64,000 bases of DNA, from positions 65,714-129,713 of the forward strand of contig CAITGV010000002.1 in NCBI GenBank assembly GCA_903892035.1. The letters are read 5' to 3'. Below are positions 9,589 through 18,925 of this stretch, one piece after another. Source of the stretch: an uncultured bacterium. GTDB lineage: Bacteria; Patescibacteriota; Minisyncoccia; Phycocordibacterales; UBA9973. The notes under the pieces are model-generated. The model was not told the DNA's origin, made no database searches, and saw nothing but the letters and a program-made list of their open reading frames with translations. The translations under genes were made by a program, and so were the position numbers. Each line of letters opens with the position of its first letter. Position 1 is the stretch's first letter.

Positions 9589-10314
9589 CTAATCGATAAT
9601 TACCGCAATGTGTTCTAAAATCATTTTAACACTAGCGGAGCGGATTTGGAGGAGTTCGCGAGAGTGGGAAATTTCTTGGAAAATAAAAACATCATCTTTT
9701 GTAAATTTGTCGGGAGTTTTTTTGGAAAATAAAAATTGTTCTATTTCATTTACGAGCTCGGTGGCATTTGAGCGAAGGGGCGCGCCACTCTCGTCTTTAT
9801 CGTGAGATTTAACTATTTTTGTAATTTCCAAAAGTCTATCGGCTTTTTTTAAATTCAAAAAATTTACAGCTTGAAGAAAATTATCTTTTACAAAGGGCTC
9901 CCCTTTGTAATTTTCTTTTCTGGCAACGTTTGCACGAGAAATTATCGTATCTGCGACACTACCAAGCGAATTTACAATAAGAAAGAAATGAATATCTTGT
10001 TCTGGCTCTTCAAACATTTTCAAAAGCGCTTGTTCAGCTTCGCGAGTAAATGCTTCTGCACTAAAAATAAAAATTCTAGGATATTCTCCAAATGATTTTT
10101 GATTTTGACGTGAACGAAAAAGTTTTCCTTCATCAACGGTAAAGGACTCATAATGCTCCACAGTTAAATCTGGATTTCCAGCGGTAGGTATTCCCCTATT
10201 TTCTAAACATTTTAAAAGCTCTGGTTCAATATCCTCTTTTTTTCCTTCAATAATATAAAAATGATGCAGGGGTAATTTTTTGTCTGAAAGTGTTTTAAAA
10301 AAATTTTGCATCAA
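9589..10314 (-). CDS. DNA polymerase III delta-prime-like protein (degenerate AAA+)
   Basis: GNPD, AEAFTREAEQALLKMFEEP, TIISR; Walker A is absent. Confidence 0.75.
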   Translation of the reverse strand: MMQNFFKTLSDKKLPLHHFYIIEGKKEDIEPELLKCLENRGIPTAGNPDLTVEHYESFTVDEGKLFRSRQNQKSFGEYPRIFIFSAEAFTREAEQALLKMFEEPEQDIHFFLIVNSLGSVADTIISRANVARKENYKGEPFVKDNFLQAVNFLNLKKADRLLEITKIVKSHDKDESGAPLRSNATELVNEIEQFLFSKKTPDKFTKDDVFIFQEISHSRELLQIRSASVKMILEHIAVIID

Positions 10315-10326
10315 AATATTATAACA

Positions 10327-11340
10327 CTAGCGCTTACTTATAATAGCTTTTTTATAGACATCGAGGTGGTTTAATGCAACTCCAGTTCCTTTTACGACAC
10401 AATATAGTGAGTCCTCGGCAAGACGAGCTTTCACACCAGTTTTACGAAAAACCAATTCTGGAAAACCACGAAGTTGTGATGTTCCGCCAGTCATCGTAAT
10501 ACCTTGATCAATAATGTCGGCAGCAAGCTCTGGTGGAGTATCTGCAAGAACGTCTTTGATAGCTTTTATCATTTGCTTCAATTCTTTATCAATTGCTTTA
10601 ACAATTTCATTTGTTGAAACTTGAGCTTGACGAGGAAGCCCTTGCACAAAGTCTCGTCCTTTTATTGTCGCCGTAATTTCTTCGTCGAGTGGAATAGCTG
10701 CGCCAATTTTCATTTTCACAAATTCTGCTGTCTTGTCACCAATTGCTAAGTTGAAAGTTTTTTTAATGTAATCTGCAATTGCTGCATCAATTTTATCTCC
10801 TGCACATTTTACAGATGTCGAAGAAACAATTCCTCCAAGGGAAATTACAGCAACGTCTGTCGTACCTCCACCGATGTCAACAATCATATGTCCATGCGGT
10901 TCCTGAATTGGAATTCCCGCACCAATAGCTGCAAGAATTGGTTCTTTGACTACGTAAGCATTACGAGCACCAGCGCGTATTGCAGCTTCAACTACAGCGC
11001 GACGCTCAGTTGAAGTGACACCTGCGGGCACCGAAACCATTACATCTGGTTTAAATAAATTCCATTTTCCCAAAGCTTTGCGGATAAAATATCGGAGCAT
11101 TGCTTCGGTGATTCTATAATCTGCAATTACACCGTCTTTCATTGGACGATAAGCAATAATACTATCAGGTGTGCGGCCAACCATTTCTTTTGCTTCAATG
11201 CCAATTGCCAATACTTTATTATCAATTTCAGAAACTGCAACGACAGATGGTTCATTTAAAACAATTCCTTTACCCGGCACAAAAACTAGCGTATTTGCTG
11301 TTCCTAGGTCGATACCCAATTTTTTCGAGAAAAAACTCAT
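10327..11340 (-). CDS. mreB: Rod shape-determining protein MreB/Mbl
   Basis: GIDLGTANT, DIGGGTT, TGG; start moved to the ATG at 11340 (MSFFSKK). Confidence 0.95.
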   Translation of the reverse strand: MSFFSKKLGIDLGTANTLVFVPGKGIVLNEPSVVAVSEIDNKVLAIGIEAKEMVGRTPDSIIAYRPMKDGVIADYRITEAMLRYFIRKALGKWNLFKPDVMVSVPAGVTSTERRAVVEAAIRAGARNAYVVKEPILAAIGAGIPIQEPHGHMIVDIGGGTTDVAVISLGGIVSSTSVKCAGDKIDAAIADYIKKTFNLAIGDKTAEFVKMKIGAAIPLDEEITATIKGRDFVQGLPRQAQVSTNEIVKAIDKELKQMIKAIKDVLADTPPELAADIIDQGITMTGGTSQLRGFPELVFRKTGVKARLAEDSLYCVVKGTGVALNHLDVYKKAIISKR

Positions 11341-11374
11341 ATGCGCAAATATAGCACAGAAAAACATTCAGAGG

Positions 11375-11439
11375 AAGTCATATAAATTTGGCGACTAAGT
11401 CCCCAAATGGTGGACTTAGTCGCCAAATTTATGTGACTT
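11375..11439. repeat. Inverted doublet (REPIN-like) of a third TAA-loop palindrome family (C)
   Basis: 28-bp arms with 1 mismatch around a 9-nt spacer; unit TTTGGCGAC-TAA-GTCCCCAAA; lies between divergent mreB and priA. Confidence 0.85.
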
Positions 11440-11456
11440 TATGCTAGTCTATATAT

Positions 11457-13424
11457 ATGAAGATAGTTACAGTCCTCCCAATTACAAAATCCCCAGGTGG
11501 CGATGAGCTCACATATTTCACCTCGCTTCCCGTTGAGGTTGGAAAGCTGGTTGGAATGCCTATCGGAAAAAGAACAGAGCACGGCATCGTGATGGCTGTA
11601 GCTGATGTTGGTGATATTAAATCAGAAATCAAAGACGCAGATTTTAATTTAAGAAAAATTCAAAGTGTTCACGGTAAAGCTTTTTTTTCAAAAAGTTTCC
11701 TTATCGCTTGTGAAAAGTCTGCAAAATATTTTCTTGGAAGCACAGGCCAAGTAGTATCTGCGCTAGTACCAGCGGTATTTATGAGAAATTGTGAAAAAAT
11801 TATTGAGTTAAATGAGGATGCTGTTGAATATACAGAAAATTTAAATAAAAATAATCAAAAATTAATTATTCAAGATGCTGATGAGGATCGCTTTTCTTTT
11901 TATCGATCTCTTATTCGTGAAGGTTTTGCGCAAAAAAAATCAATTTTTGTATGCTTACCAACCATCGCAGATATAAATTATTTTTCTGAAAAACTAACTA
12001 AGGGTATTGAAGATTATTCATACATTTTTCATAGTGAAATTTCAGAAAAAGAGATCTTGAAACGCTATGCAAAATTAAAAAATGAAAATCACCCATATAT
12101 CATTATTTCTACGGGTCAATATTTCCACTTAATTACCAATAATATTTCAACAATTATTCTCGACTGTGAAAATAGCGATGAATATAAATTATTTTCTCGA
12201 CCACATATAGATGTGCGTGTTTTTGCAGAATTATTTTCAGGAGAAGCTAAAATTAAATTGATACTGGGCGACAGATTGCTTCGACCAGAAACAATTGCGC
12301 GACTCAAAAATGGAGAATTTAGCGATGCCCTTCCACCATCATTTCGTCTAACAAAACCAGACAAAGTAAAGCTTGTGGATATGAATAAGATGCCTGTGGA
12401 CGAAAAAAATTCAATATTAGATACAGATTTTATTTTTTCAACAGAATCAAAAGAAATGATTACAAAGCAAATTTTAAAAGGTGATAATGTTTTCCTTTTT
12501 ACACTTAGAAAAGGTCTAGCTCCTGTGACAGTTTGCGGTCATTGCGGAAATACTCTTAAATGTGAAAAATGTGGCCATCTCTTTGCTTTATACAATTTAA
12601 AAAAAGCTGACGGTGAACCAGCTCGACTTTTTATTTGTAATTTCTGTAAAGAAAAAAAACCTTCCGACACTTCTTGCGAAAAATGCGGAAGTTGGAATAT
12701 GCAAACATTAGGCATTGGAACAGATCTTGTCACAGAAAAAGTTAAAGAAATATTCAATTTACCTGATGAAAATATTTTTCAAATTGATAAAACAGTAGCG
12801 AAGACTTCTGTGCAAGCTCGAAAAATTGCTGAAAATTTTTATAAAACAAAAGGCTCTATTATGGTTGGAACTGAGATGGCTCTTCGATATTTAAAACAAC
12901 CAATTCAAAACTCTGTCATTCTTTCTCTTGATACATTGTTTGGAGTACCAAGTTTTGCTTCTGGAAATCAAATGCTTTGCCTTGTTTCTGATATGCTTTC
13001 AATTACGGAAAAAAATTTTATTGCTCAGACGAGAAATTCAGATTCTCTAGTTTGGGAATGTTTGCGTGGCGGAAGTGCCATGCGTTTTTATGATGAAGAG
13101 TTGAAGGAAAGGAAAATTTTCAACTATCCGCCATTTTCTACACTTATTAAAATTACGCATGCAGGGAAAAAAGATCAAGCAAATGAAGCTCGTCAGAAAC
13201 TGACTGATTTATTTAAAGATTATAATCCAGACCTCGTAAACGGTTTTATGAATATTTCTGGCGGACTTTACACTACAAAACTTATAATGAAAATAAAACG
13301 CTCCGACTGGTCCCTTCCCGAAATTCACCCTTCTGGTTCTCTTTCCCCCACCCTTTCCCAAAAACTTCGTTCCCTTACTCCAAATTTTGATATAAATATT
13401 GAACCCGTAGAAATAATCAGATAA
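11457..13424 (+). CDS. priA: Primosomal protein N' (PriA) with degenerate helicase motifs
   Basis: 3'-DNA-binding N-terminus, four CxxC pairs, GIGTD, YPPF; Walker A and DExH are replaced. Confidence 0.85.
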   Translation: MKIVTVLPITKSPGGDELTYFTSLPVEVGKLVGMPIGKRTEHGIVMAVADVGDIKSEIKDADFNLRKIQSVHGKAFFSKSFLIACEKSAKYFLGSTGQVVSALVPAVFMRNCEKIIELNEDAVEYTENLNKNNQKLIIQDADEDRFSFYRSLIREGFAQKKSIFVCLPTIADINYFSEKLTKGIEDYSYIFHSEISEKEILKRYAKLKNENHPYIIISTGQYFHLITNNISTIILDCENSDEYKLFSRPHIDVRVFAELFSGEAKIKLILGDRLLRPETIARLKNGEFSDALPPSFRLTKPDKVKLVDMNKMPVDEKNSILDTDFIFSTESKEMITKQILKGDNVFLFTLRKGLAPVTVCGHCGNTLKCEKCGHLFALYNLKKADGEPARLFICNFCKEKKPSDTSCEKCGSWNMQTLGIGTDLVTEKVKEIFNLPDENIFQIDKTVAKTSVQARKIAENFYKTKGSIMVGTEMALRYLKQPIQNSVILSLDTLFGVPSFASGNQMLCLVSDMLSITEKNFIAQTRNSDSLVWECLRGGSAMRFYDEELKERKIFNYPPFSTLIKITHAGKKDQANEARQKLTDLFKDYNPDLVNGFMNISGGLYTTKLIMKIKRSDWSLPEIHPSGSLSPTLSQKLRSLTPNFDINIEPVEIIR

Positions 13425-13426
13425 TT

Positions 13427-13460
13427 CCCTCTCCTTTACAAGGAGAGGGCTAGGGAGAGG
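13427..13460. repeat. CCCTCTCC hairpin repeat (family D), possibly acting as terminator
   Basis: CCCTCTCCTT-TAC-AAGGAGAGGG followed by CTAGGGAGAGG; related copies inside tsaD. Confidence 0.75.
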
Positions 13461-13469
13461 TTCTCGCAT

Positions 13470-13498
13470 TTGCGTTTCTAAAAAGAAAGTGGTATTAT
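13470..13498 (+). promoter_or_regulatory. Sigma-70 promoter upstream of the bS21-like gene
   Basis: TTGCGT-17 bp-TATTAT with a TG extension. Confidence 0.55.
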
Positions 13499-13508
13499 CT
13501 TTTTACAT

Positions 13509-13760
13509 ATGCCAAAAGTACACATTGAAGTAAAAAAGGGTCCAAATGAAAACAACGTCACATTGTTGCGTCGTTTTTCTCGCAAAGTGCAAGATACAAG
13601 AATGATTCCAAAGGTTAAAGGTGCTCGTTACAATGAACGCGCAAAATCAAAATTAACTACAAAGAAAGGTGCTCTAAAGCGTCTTGCTCGCTGGAAAGAT
13701 AACGAGAAATTACGAAAACTTGGAAAAGTAATCGAACGCAAGAAAGGCGGACGACGCTAA
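13509..13760 (+). CDS. rpsU: Probable 30S ribosomal protein bS21
   Basis: Basic 83 aa, IEVKKGPNENNVTLLRRFSRKV. Confidence 0.65.
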   Translation: MPKVHIEVKKGPNENNVTLLRRFSRKVQDTRMIPKVKGARYNERAKSKLTTKKGALKRLARWKDNEKLRKLGKVIERKKGGRR

Positions 13761-13768
13761 ATTAACAT

Positions 13769-14224
13769 ATGCAGAATAAGAGAAATCTTCGCGCTTTACC
13801 CTCTCTACGGGGGCTCCGACACGACTCTGATTTATCTCATTCTGCTCCTACTATCAGCATAATAAGAGAAACAAAAGGCGAGCTTCCTAGCTTGCCTTTT
13901 GCCTATATGAAGGACACAATATTGGGCAAAAAATACGAATTGTCAGTTGCTTTTATAGGTGAAAAAAAATCTCATGAAATAAATTTTAAACTTCGTGGAA
14001 AAGATAAACCGACAAATATTCTTTCATTTCCCCTATCAAAAAATTCTGGTGAAATTTTAATCAGTCTTTCGACTGCAAAAAAAGATGCAAAAAATTTCGA
14101 CAAAAAACCAGCAGATTTTCTCGGTTTTCTGTTTATCCACGGTTTACTGCATTTGAAAGGAATGCAACATGGTAGTACAATGGAGAAGGCAGAGAAAAAG
14201 TTTTGCAAAAAATTTGGTTTTTAA
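13769..14224 (+). CDS. ybeY: rRNA maturation RNase YbeY
   Basis: RGKDKPTNILSF, GEILIS, HGLLHLKGMQH; the N-terminus is derived from a repeat element. Confidence 0.92.
   Translation: MQNKRNLRALPSLRGLRHDSDLSHSAPTISIIRETKGELPSLPFAYMKDTILGKKYELSVAFIGEKKSHEINFKLRGKDKPTNILSFPLSKNSGEILISLSTAKKDAKNFDKKPADFLGFLFIHGLLHLKGMQHGSTMEKAEKKFCKKFGF
13771..13845. repeat. 75-bp palindromic element (family E) in the ybeY 5' end
   Basis: 17-bp arms (2 mismatches); 13783-13827 is identical over 45 bp to 54604-54648. Confidence 0.9.
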
Positions 14225-14248
14225 TTTTCTCTCTAAAAAATAATTATT

Positions 14249-15409
14249 ATGATACGCAACATTTCAGTAGGAATAGATATTGGAACGCACTCGACACGTG
14301 TGGTCGTCGCTGAGTACAGCAAGGACGACACAGTACCTACTATCATCGGATCTGGTCACGCTGAATCAAAAGGCATTCACCACGGCTATGTTGTAAATAT
14401 GGTTGAGACAGTAAAGAGTTTAAAAAAGGCAATTACTGAAGCTGAAAAAGCATCTGGTATAAAAATCAAAAGAGCATTTGTTTCAATTGGTGGAATAAGT
14501 CTTTCTTCCGAAATTGGTATCGGTAGTGCAATTATTTCAAAAGCGGATGGTGAAGTTACAAATTTTGATATTGCGAAAGCTTTTACAGATAGTGAAGAAG
14601 GTTTGGAAATTATGAATCGGAAAGTTCTTCATATGATTCCTGTTGCATATAAACTTGATGGCAAAGAAATTCATGGAAAACCAGAAGGTATGCGAGGTGT
14701 AAAACTTGAAACAAAATGCCTTTTTGTCACTTGCCTTACCCAGCACCTCGACGACCTCGTAATGGCAGTCACAGAAGCTGGTATTGATGTTATCGATGTC
14801 GTCGCTTCCCCTATTGCTGTTGCAAATGTGACTCTCACTGACCGCCAAAAAAGTGCTGGCTGTGTGCTTGCTGACATTGGAGCTGAGACAGTATCGATCG
14901 GAGTATTTGAAAATGGCATGATGGTGTCGCTACGTGTATTTCCTATCGGTGGAGTAAATATTACAAACGATATTGCTCTTGGTTTAAAAATTCCCCTCGA
15001 TGAAGCAGAAGGTGTGAAGATCGGTAGTATTCTTGGAAATTATCCAAAGAAAAAACTTGACGAAGTTATCGAAGCAAGACTTTCAGATATTTTTGAATTA
15101 ATTGATAGTCATTTAAAAAAAATAAAAAGAAGCGAACTTTTACCAGCTGGAATAATTATTATTGGTGGTGGAGGAAATATTCCACTCATTGAAGAAATGG
15201 CAAAAGATTATTTACGTCTTCCAGCGCGAATTGGAAGTCCACTTCCTTTTCTTTCAGCAAAAAATAAGCCGAGAGATTTTTCTTGGTACAGCGCTTGTGG
15301 ACTTTGCATGATGAACAAAGAAGGATATACAGAAGGTAGTTCTATTTCAGAAGTTACAAAAGAAATTAAGAAATTTTTTGGCTCAATTGGCAGACAATTG
15401 CTACCATAG
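14249..15409 (+). CDS. ftsA: Cell division protein FtsA
   Basis: GIDIGT, DIGAET, GGVNITNDIA; upstream of ftsZ. Confidence 0.95.
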   Translation: MIRNISVGIDIGTHSTRVVVAEYSKDDTVPTIIGSGHAESKGIHHGYVVNMVETVKSLKKAITEAEKASGIKIKRAFVSIGGISLSSEIGIGSAIISKADGEVTNFDIAKAFTDSEEGLEIMNRKVLHMIPVAYKLDGKEIHGKPEGMRGVKLETKCLFVTCLTQHLDDLVMAVTEAGIDVIDVVASPIAVANVTLTDRQKSAGCVLADIGAETVSIGVFENGMMVSLRVFPIGGVNITNDIALGLKIPLDEAEGVKIGSILGNYPKKKLDEVIEARLSDIFELIDSHLKKIKRSELLPAGIIIIGGGGNIPLIEEMAKDYLRLPARIGSPLPFLSAKNKPRDFSWYSACGLCMMNKEGYTEGSSISEVTKEIKKFFGSIGRQLLP

Positions 15410-15481
15410 ACATTTCTTTTTATTCTGCTAGTATAGGTATATTAGTCATAATCACAATTCGCTTAAAGCGAGAACACATAT

Positions 15482-16672
15482 ATGCCAAAAGTAAATCCAG
15501 AAATCGAAACATTTGCCAGAATTAAAGTCATCGGTGTTGGTGGCTCTGGAAAAAACGCCTTAAACCATATGATTAATTCTAAGGTTAAGGGTGTTGAATT
15601 TATCAGTATGAATACTGATACTCAAGATCTTCACAACTCTCTAGCTGACAAAAAAATTCACATTGGAAAGAATCTTACAAAGGGTCTAGGTGCTGGAATG
15701 AATCCAGATGTGGGTAAACGTGCAGCTGAAGAAACTAAATCAGAAATCCAAGATATGCTAAAAGGTTCAGACATGGTCTTTATTGCTTGTGGAATGGGTG
15801 GAGGAACAGGCACAGGCGCAGCTCCAATTGTGGCTCGTGCTGCAAAAGAACAAGGTGTCCTCACAGTAGCTGTAGTTACAAAACCTTTTTCATTTGAAGG
15901 AAACCAAAGAATGCGTTTAGCAGAAAAAGGTCTTGAGGAACTCGCTGCTGAAGTTGATGCTATTTTGGTAATTCCAAACGATCGCATTCTTCTAACAGCA
16001 CCAAAAGACACGGGCTTCAAACAAGCATTCGCAATGTGTGATGAAGTTTTGCGACAAGCTGTCGAAGGAATTTCAGATTTGATTACAACTCCTGGAATCA
16101 TCAACGTCGACTTTGCTGACATAAAAGCTGTAATGGCAAATGCTGGTAGCGCACTTATGGGTGTTGGAAATGCATCTGGTGAAGCTCGCGCAGAACAAGC
16201 AGCAGTAATGGCAATCAATTCCCCACTTCTTGACCTTTCAATCAACGGTGCAAAAGGAGTTCTATTTGCAATCGCTGGTGGTGAAGATCTTACTATCCAA
16301 GAAATTGATGCTGCTTCAAAAATTATTACGGAATCAATCGACAAAGATGCAAAAGTTATTTTTGGAACAATTCGTGACGATCGTTTGAAGAAAGGTGAAA
16401 TTAAAATTACAGTTATTGCAACTGGTTTTCCTATCGATACATCAAAACGTTCACTTTTCCAGAGCCAAGCATCATCACTAAAAATTGAAGCCCCTGTATC
16501 ATCACCTAGTCCAGTTCAAGTTCGTGAAGAAAGAAAAATGCCAGAAACTCCAATGCCTTCAATGGACTTTATAAAGAAGCCTGAGATAAAAATAGACACA
16601 GAAGAAATTATTATCGATGACAACGACGACTGGAGTGCTGTTCCTGCATTTTTAAGAAGAAATAAAAAATAA
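15482..16672 (+). CDS. ftsZ: Cell division protein FtsZ
   Basis: GGGTGTG tubulin signature, INVDFAD, C-terminal VPAFLRR. Confidence 0.98.
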   Translation: MPKVNPEIETFARIKVIGVGGSGKNALNHMINSKVKGVEFISMNTDTQDLHNSLADKKIHIGKNLTKGLGAGMNPDVGKRAAEETKSEIQDMLKGSDMVFIACGMGGGTGTGAAPIVARAAKEQGVLTVAVVTKPFSFEGNQRMRLAEKGLEELAAEVDAILVIPNDRILLTAPKDTGFKQAFAMCDEVLRQAVEGISDLITTPGIINVDFADIKAVMANAGSALMGVGNASGEARAEQAAVMAINSPLLDLSINGAKGVLFAIAGGEDLTIQEIDAASKIITESIDKDAKVIFGTIRDDRLKKGEIKITVIATGFPIDTSKRSLFQSQASSLKIEAPVSSPSPVQVREERKMPETPMPSMDFIKKPEIKIDTEEIIIDDNDDWSAVPAFLRRNKK

Positions 16673-16675
16673 TTG

Positions 16676-17602
16676 ATGTACGATTTAATTATCATTGGCG
16701 GGGGTCCCGCCGGAGTTGCTGCCTCTGTATATGCGGCAAGAAAGCGTCTAAAAACGCTTTTCTTGACTGTGGAATTTGGAGGTCAATCGACAGTATCAGA
16801 AACTATTTTCAACTGGATTGGAACTCCTGAAATTGGTGGTGCAGAACTTGGATCAAATTTAAAAAAACATGCAGAATACTACAAAGGTGAATATTTAGAT
16901 ATTCACGAAGGATATAAAGTTACAAAATTAGAAAAAGTTCGTAACACGATTAAAGCAACTACTGAAGATGGAAAAAACTGGGAAGGAAAAACTGCTCTAA
17001 TTGCAAGTGGTTCTGGACGCAGAAAACTGCAAGCTTTAAATGCCGATGTTTATGAAAATAAAGGCATCACCTACTGCGCATCCTGCGACGGTCCTCTTTT
17101 TGCTGACCAAGATGTCGTAGTTATTGGTGGTGGAAATGCTGCATTTGAAAGTGCTGCTCAACTTTTAGCGTATTGTAAAAGTGTAACATTGCTTCACAGA
17201 AGCGACTCATTTAAAGCTGATGAAATTACTGTTGAAAAAGTTTTAGCAAATTCTAAAATGAAAGCAATAAAAAATGTTGAAGTTTTAGAAGTGAAAGGTG
17301 ACAAGTTTGTAAATGCTATTGTTTACAAAGATAGAACTTCAGGAGAAATTACAGAACTTCCAACAACCGGTATTTTCGTGGAGATTGGTCAAATTCCAAA
17401 TACAGATTTTATAAAAGGTACTATCGAGCTAGATGCATTTGGCAAAATTCCCGTCGACCCTCGCACTCAAATGACAAAAATTCCTGGCATCTGGTCTGCA
17501 GGCGACTGCACTGATGGCAAATATCACCAAAACAATATCGCCACCGGCGACGCCGTCAAAGCCCTCGAAGATTTATATATCTATATTCATCAGAATAGTT
17601 AA
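16676..17602 (+). CDS. trxB: Thioredoxin-disulfide reductase
   Basis: GGGPAG, CASC active site, GGGNAA, AGD. Confidence 0.9.
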   Translation: MYDLIIIGGGPAGVAASVYAARKRLKTLFLTVEFGGQSTVSETIFNWIGTPEIGGAELGSNLKKHAEYYKGEYLDIHEGYKVTKLEKVRNTIKATTEDGKNWEGKTALIASGSGRRKLQALNADVYENKGITYCASCDGPLFADQDVVVIGGGNAAFESAAQLLAYCKSVTLLHRSDSFKADEITVEKVLANSKMKAIKNVEVLEVKGDKFVNAIVYKDRTSGEITELPTTGIFVEIGQIPNTDFIKGTIELDAFGKIPVDPRTQMTKIPGIWSAGDCTDGKYHQNNIATGDAVKALEDLYIYIHQNS

Positions 17603-17616
17603 CTTTTTTCTCAAAT

Positions 17617-18564
17617 TTACACTACTACTTCAGTAGTGTTTTTTGTTTCGTCTTTACTACGTAGATATGAAAGGCCTAGGATTGAAGCTAGGAGGACCAA
17701 CATGCCGATGATTTGAGAGAAAGTGAGAACTCCACCGATGAAGATGCGGTTGATGATGAGCGAAGCAAATACGAAGCCGAGCTCGGCGATAGTTGCAACA
17801 GAAGCTTTTGTGGTCGTAAGACCTTTGTAATAAATAAGAAGTGAGAAAAATCCAGACACCAAAGCAATAATTACTAGGAAAAGCCAATCGTGAGAAGTAA
17901 TTTTTGTGAGCTTTGGTAAATTATTTTGAAAAATATTTAAGATTAAAAGAAATATTGCGCCGACACAAAAGCGAAGTGCTGTGAGAGCTTTGAAGGTCAC
18001 TTTTGCTTTATTCAATACATATTTACCAAAGACTGTCGCCGCACCCCAAAGAATTGCTGCGATGAGAGACAAAGAAACTCCAATAAAGTTTGGATTGAAA
18101 ACTTCTCCGACATAAACTCTTGGAATCAAATCTGGGAAAGAAATTACATATGCTCCCGCAAGAGCCACACAAGCAAAAATCCAAAATTTCTTTGTAAGTT
18201 TTTCTGAAAGTAAAAAACCAGCGAGAAGAATTGCAACTATCGGCTGAAGTTTTTGAAGTAAAATTGCAACTGAAGGATTTACATAATGAAATGCTTGAGT
18301 AAAAGCAATTGAAGCAAGAGCAGAACCACCGACGCCAATCGCGACTACAGCGAGCCACTCCATTTTTGATAAAGTTTTAATATATTTCCAATTCCAAATT
18401 AAAATTGGTAGAGCAAAAAGTAAATTTATTGCATGCTCAATAAAAACTATTAAATTACTAGGTAAATCTAAAACTAATTGAGAACGAAAAGGTGCATCTG
18501 TCGCCCACAAAATCGTCGCAAAGAAAATCATCCACGTCCCATAATTTAAAAATTTATTTTTCAT
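17617..18564 (-). CDS. EamA/DMT family transporter
   Basis: About 10 TM helices in two EamA repeats. Confidence 0.85.
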   Translation of the reverse strand: MKNKFLNYGTWMIFFATILWATDAPFRSQLVLDLPSNLIVFIEHAINLLFALPILIWNWKYIKTLSKMEWLAVVAIGVGGSALASIAFTQAFHYVNPSVAILLQKLQPIVAILLAGFLLSEKLTKKFWIFACVALAGAYVISFPDLIPRVYVGEVFNPNFIGVSLSLIAAILWGAATVFGKYVLNKAKVTFKALTALRFCVGAIFLLILNIFQNNLPKLTKITSHDWLFLVIIALVSGFFSLLIYYKGLTTTKASVATIAELGFVFASLIINRIFIGGVLTFSQIIGMLVLLASILGLSYLRSKDETKNTTEVVV

Positions 18565-18925
18565 TAAATGATTGTATCAAATTAATATCTTTTGTAATAG
18601 CACTTATTAGATCTGCTTCATTTTTGTGTTTTTTAAATGGTCGCAGATATTTTTTAAGTGTCAAAATGATTTTTTTACCATACAAATTTCCTGAAAAATT
18701 TATCAAATGTGCTTCAATTTTCGGAAGTCCTTTATTATCAATTGGCCCCACCACAATACCCGCTTTCCACTCCCCCTTTTTACCTTCTATTTTGACCGTG
18801 CCAGCATAAATGCCAAGCTTTGTGCCTTTCGTACGAGAATATTGCTTACGATCGATATTGGCCGTCGGAAAGCCTATTTTACGCCCATATCCAACACCTT
18901 TTACGACTTTGCCTGTGATTATCAT
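18554..18925 (-). CDS. Stand-alone riboflavin kinase domain
   Basis: GKVVKGVGYGRKIGFPTANI, IEAHLINFSGNLYG; no FAD synthetase domain. Confidence 0.9.
   Translation of the reverse strand: MIITGKVVKGVGYGRKIGFPTANIDRKQYSRTKGTKLGIYAGTVKIEGKKGEWKAGIVVGPIDNKGLPKIEAHLINFSGNLYGKKIILTLKKYLRPFKKHKNEADLISAITKDINLIQSFNEK

Noticed and set aside
13209-13469. 86-aa minus-strand ORF starting MREPLPSPLL
   Set aside because: Its N-terminus is the family D repeat read out; the rest is antisense to priA.
15658-16344. Long antisense ORFs (also 22736-23419, 56259-56765, 60054-60656)
   Set aside because: Shadows of ftsZ, the copper operon, leuS and ychF with no recognisable motifs.
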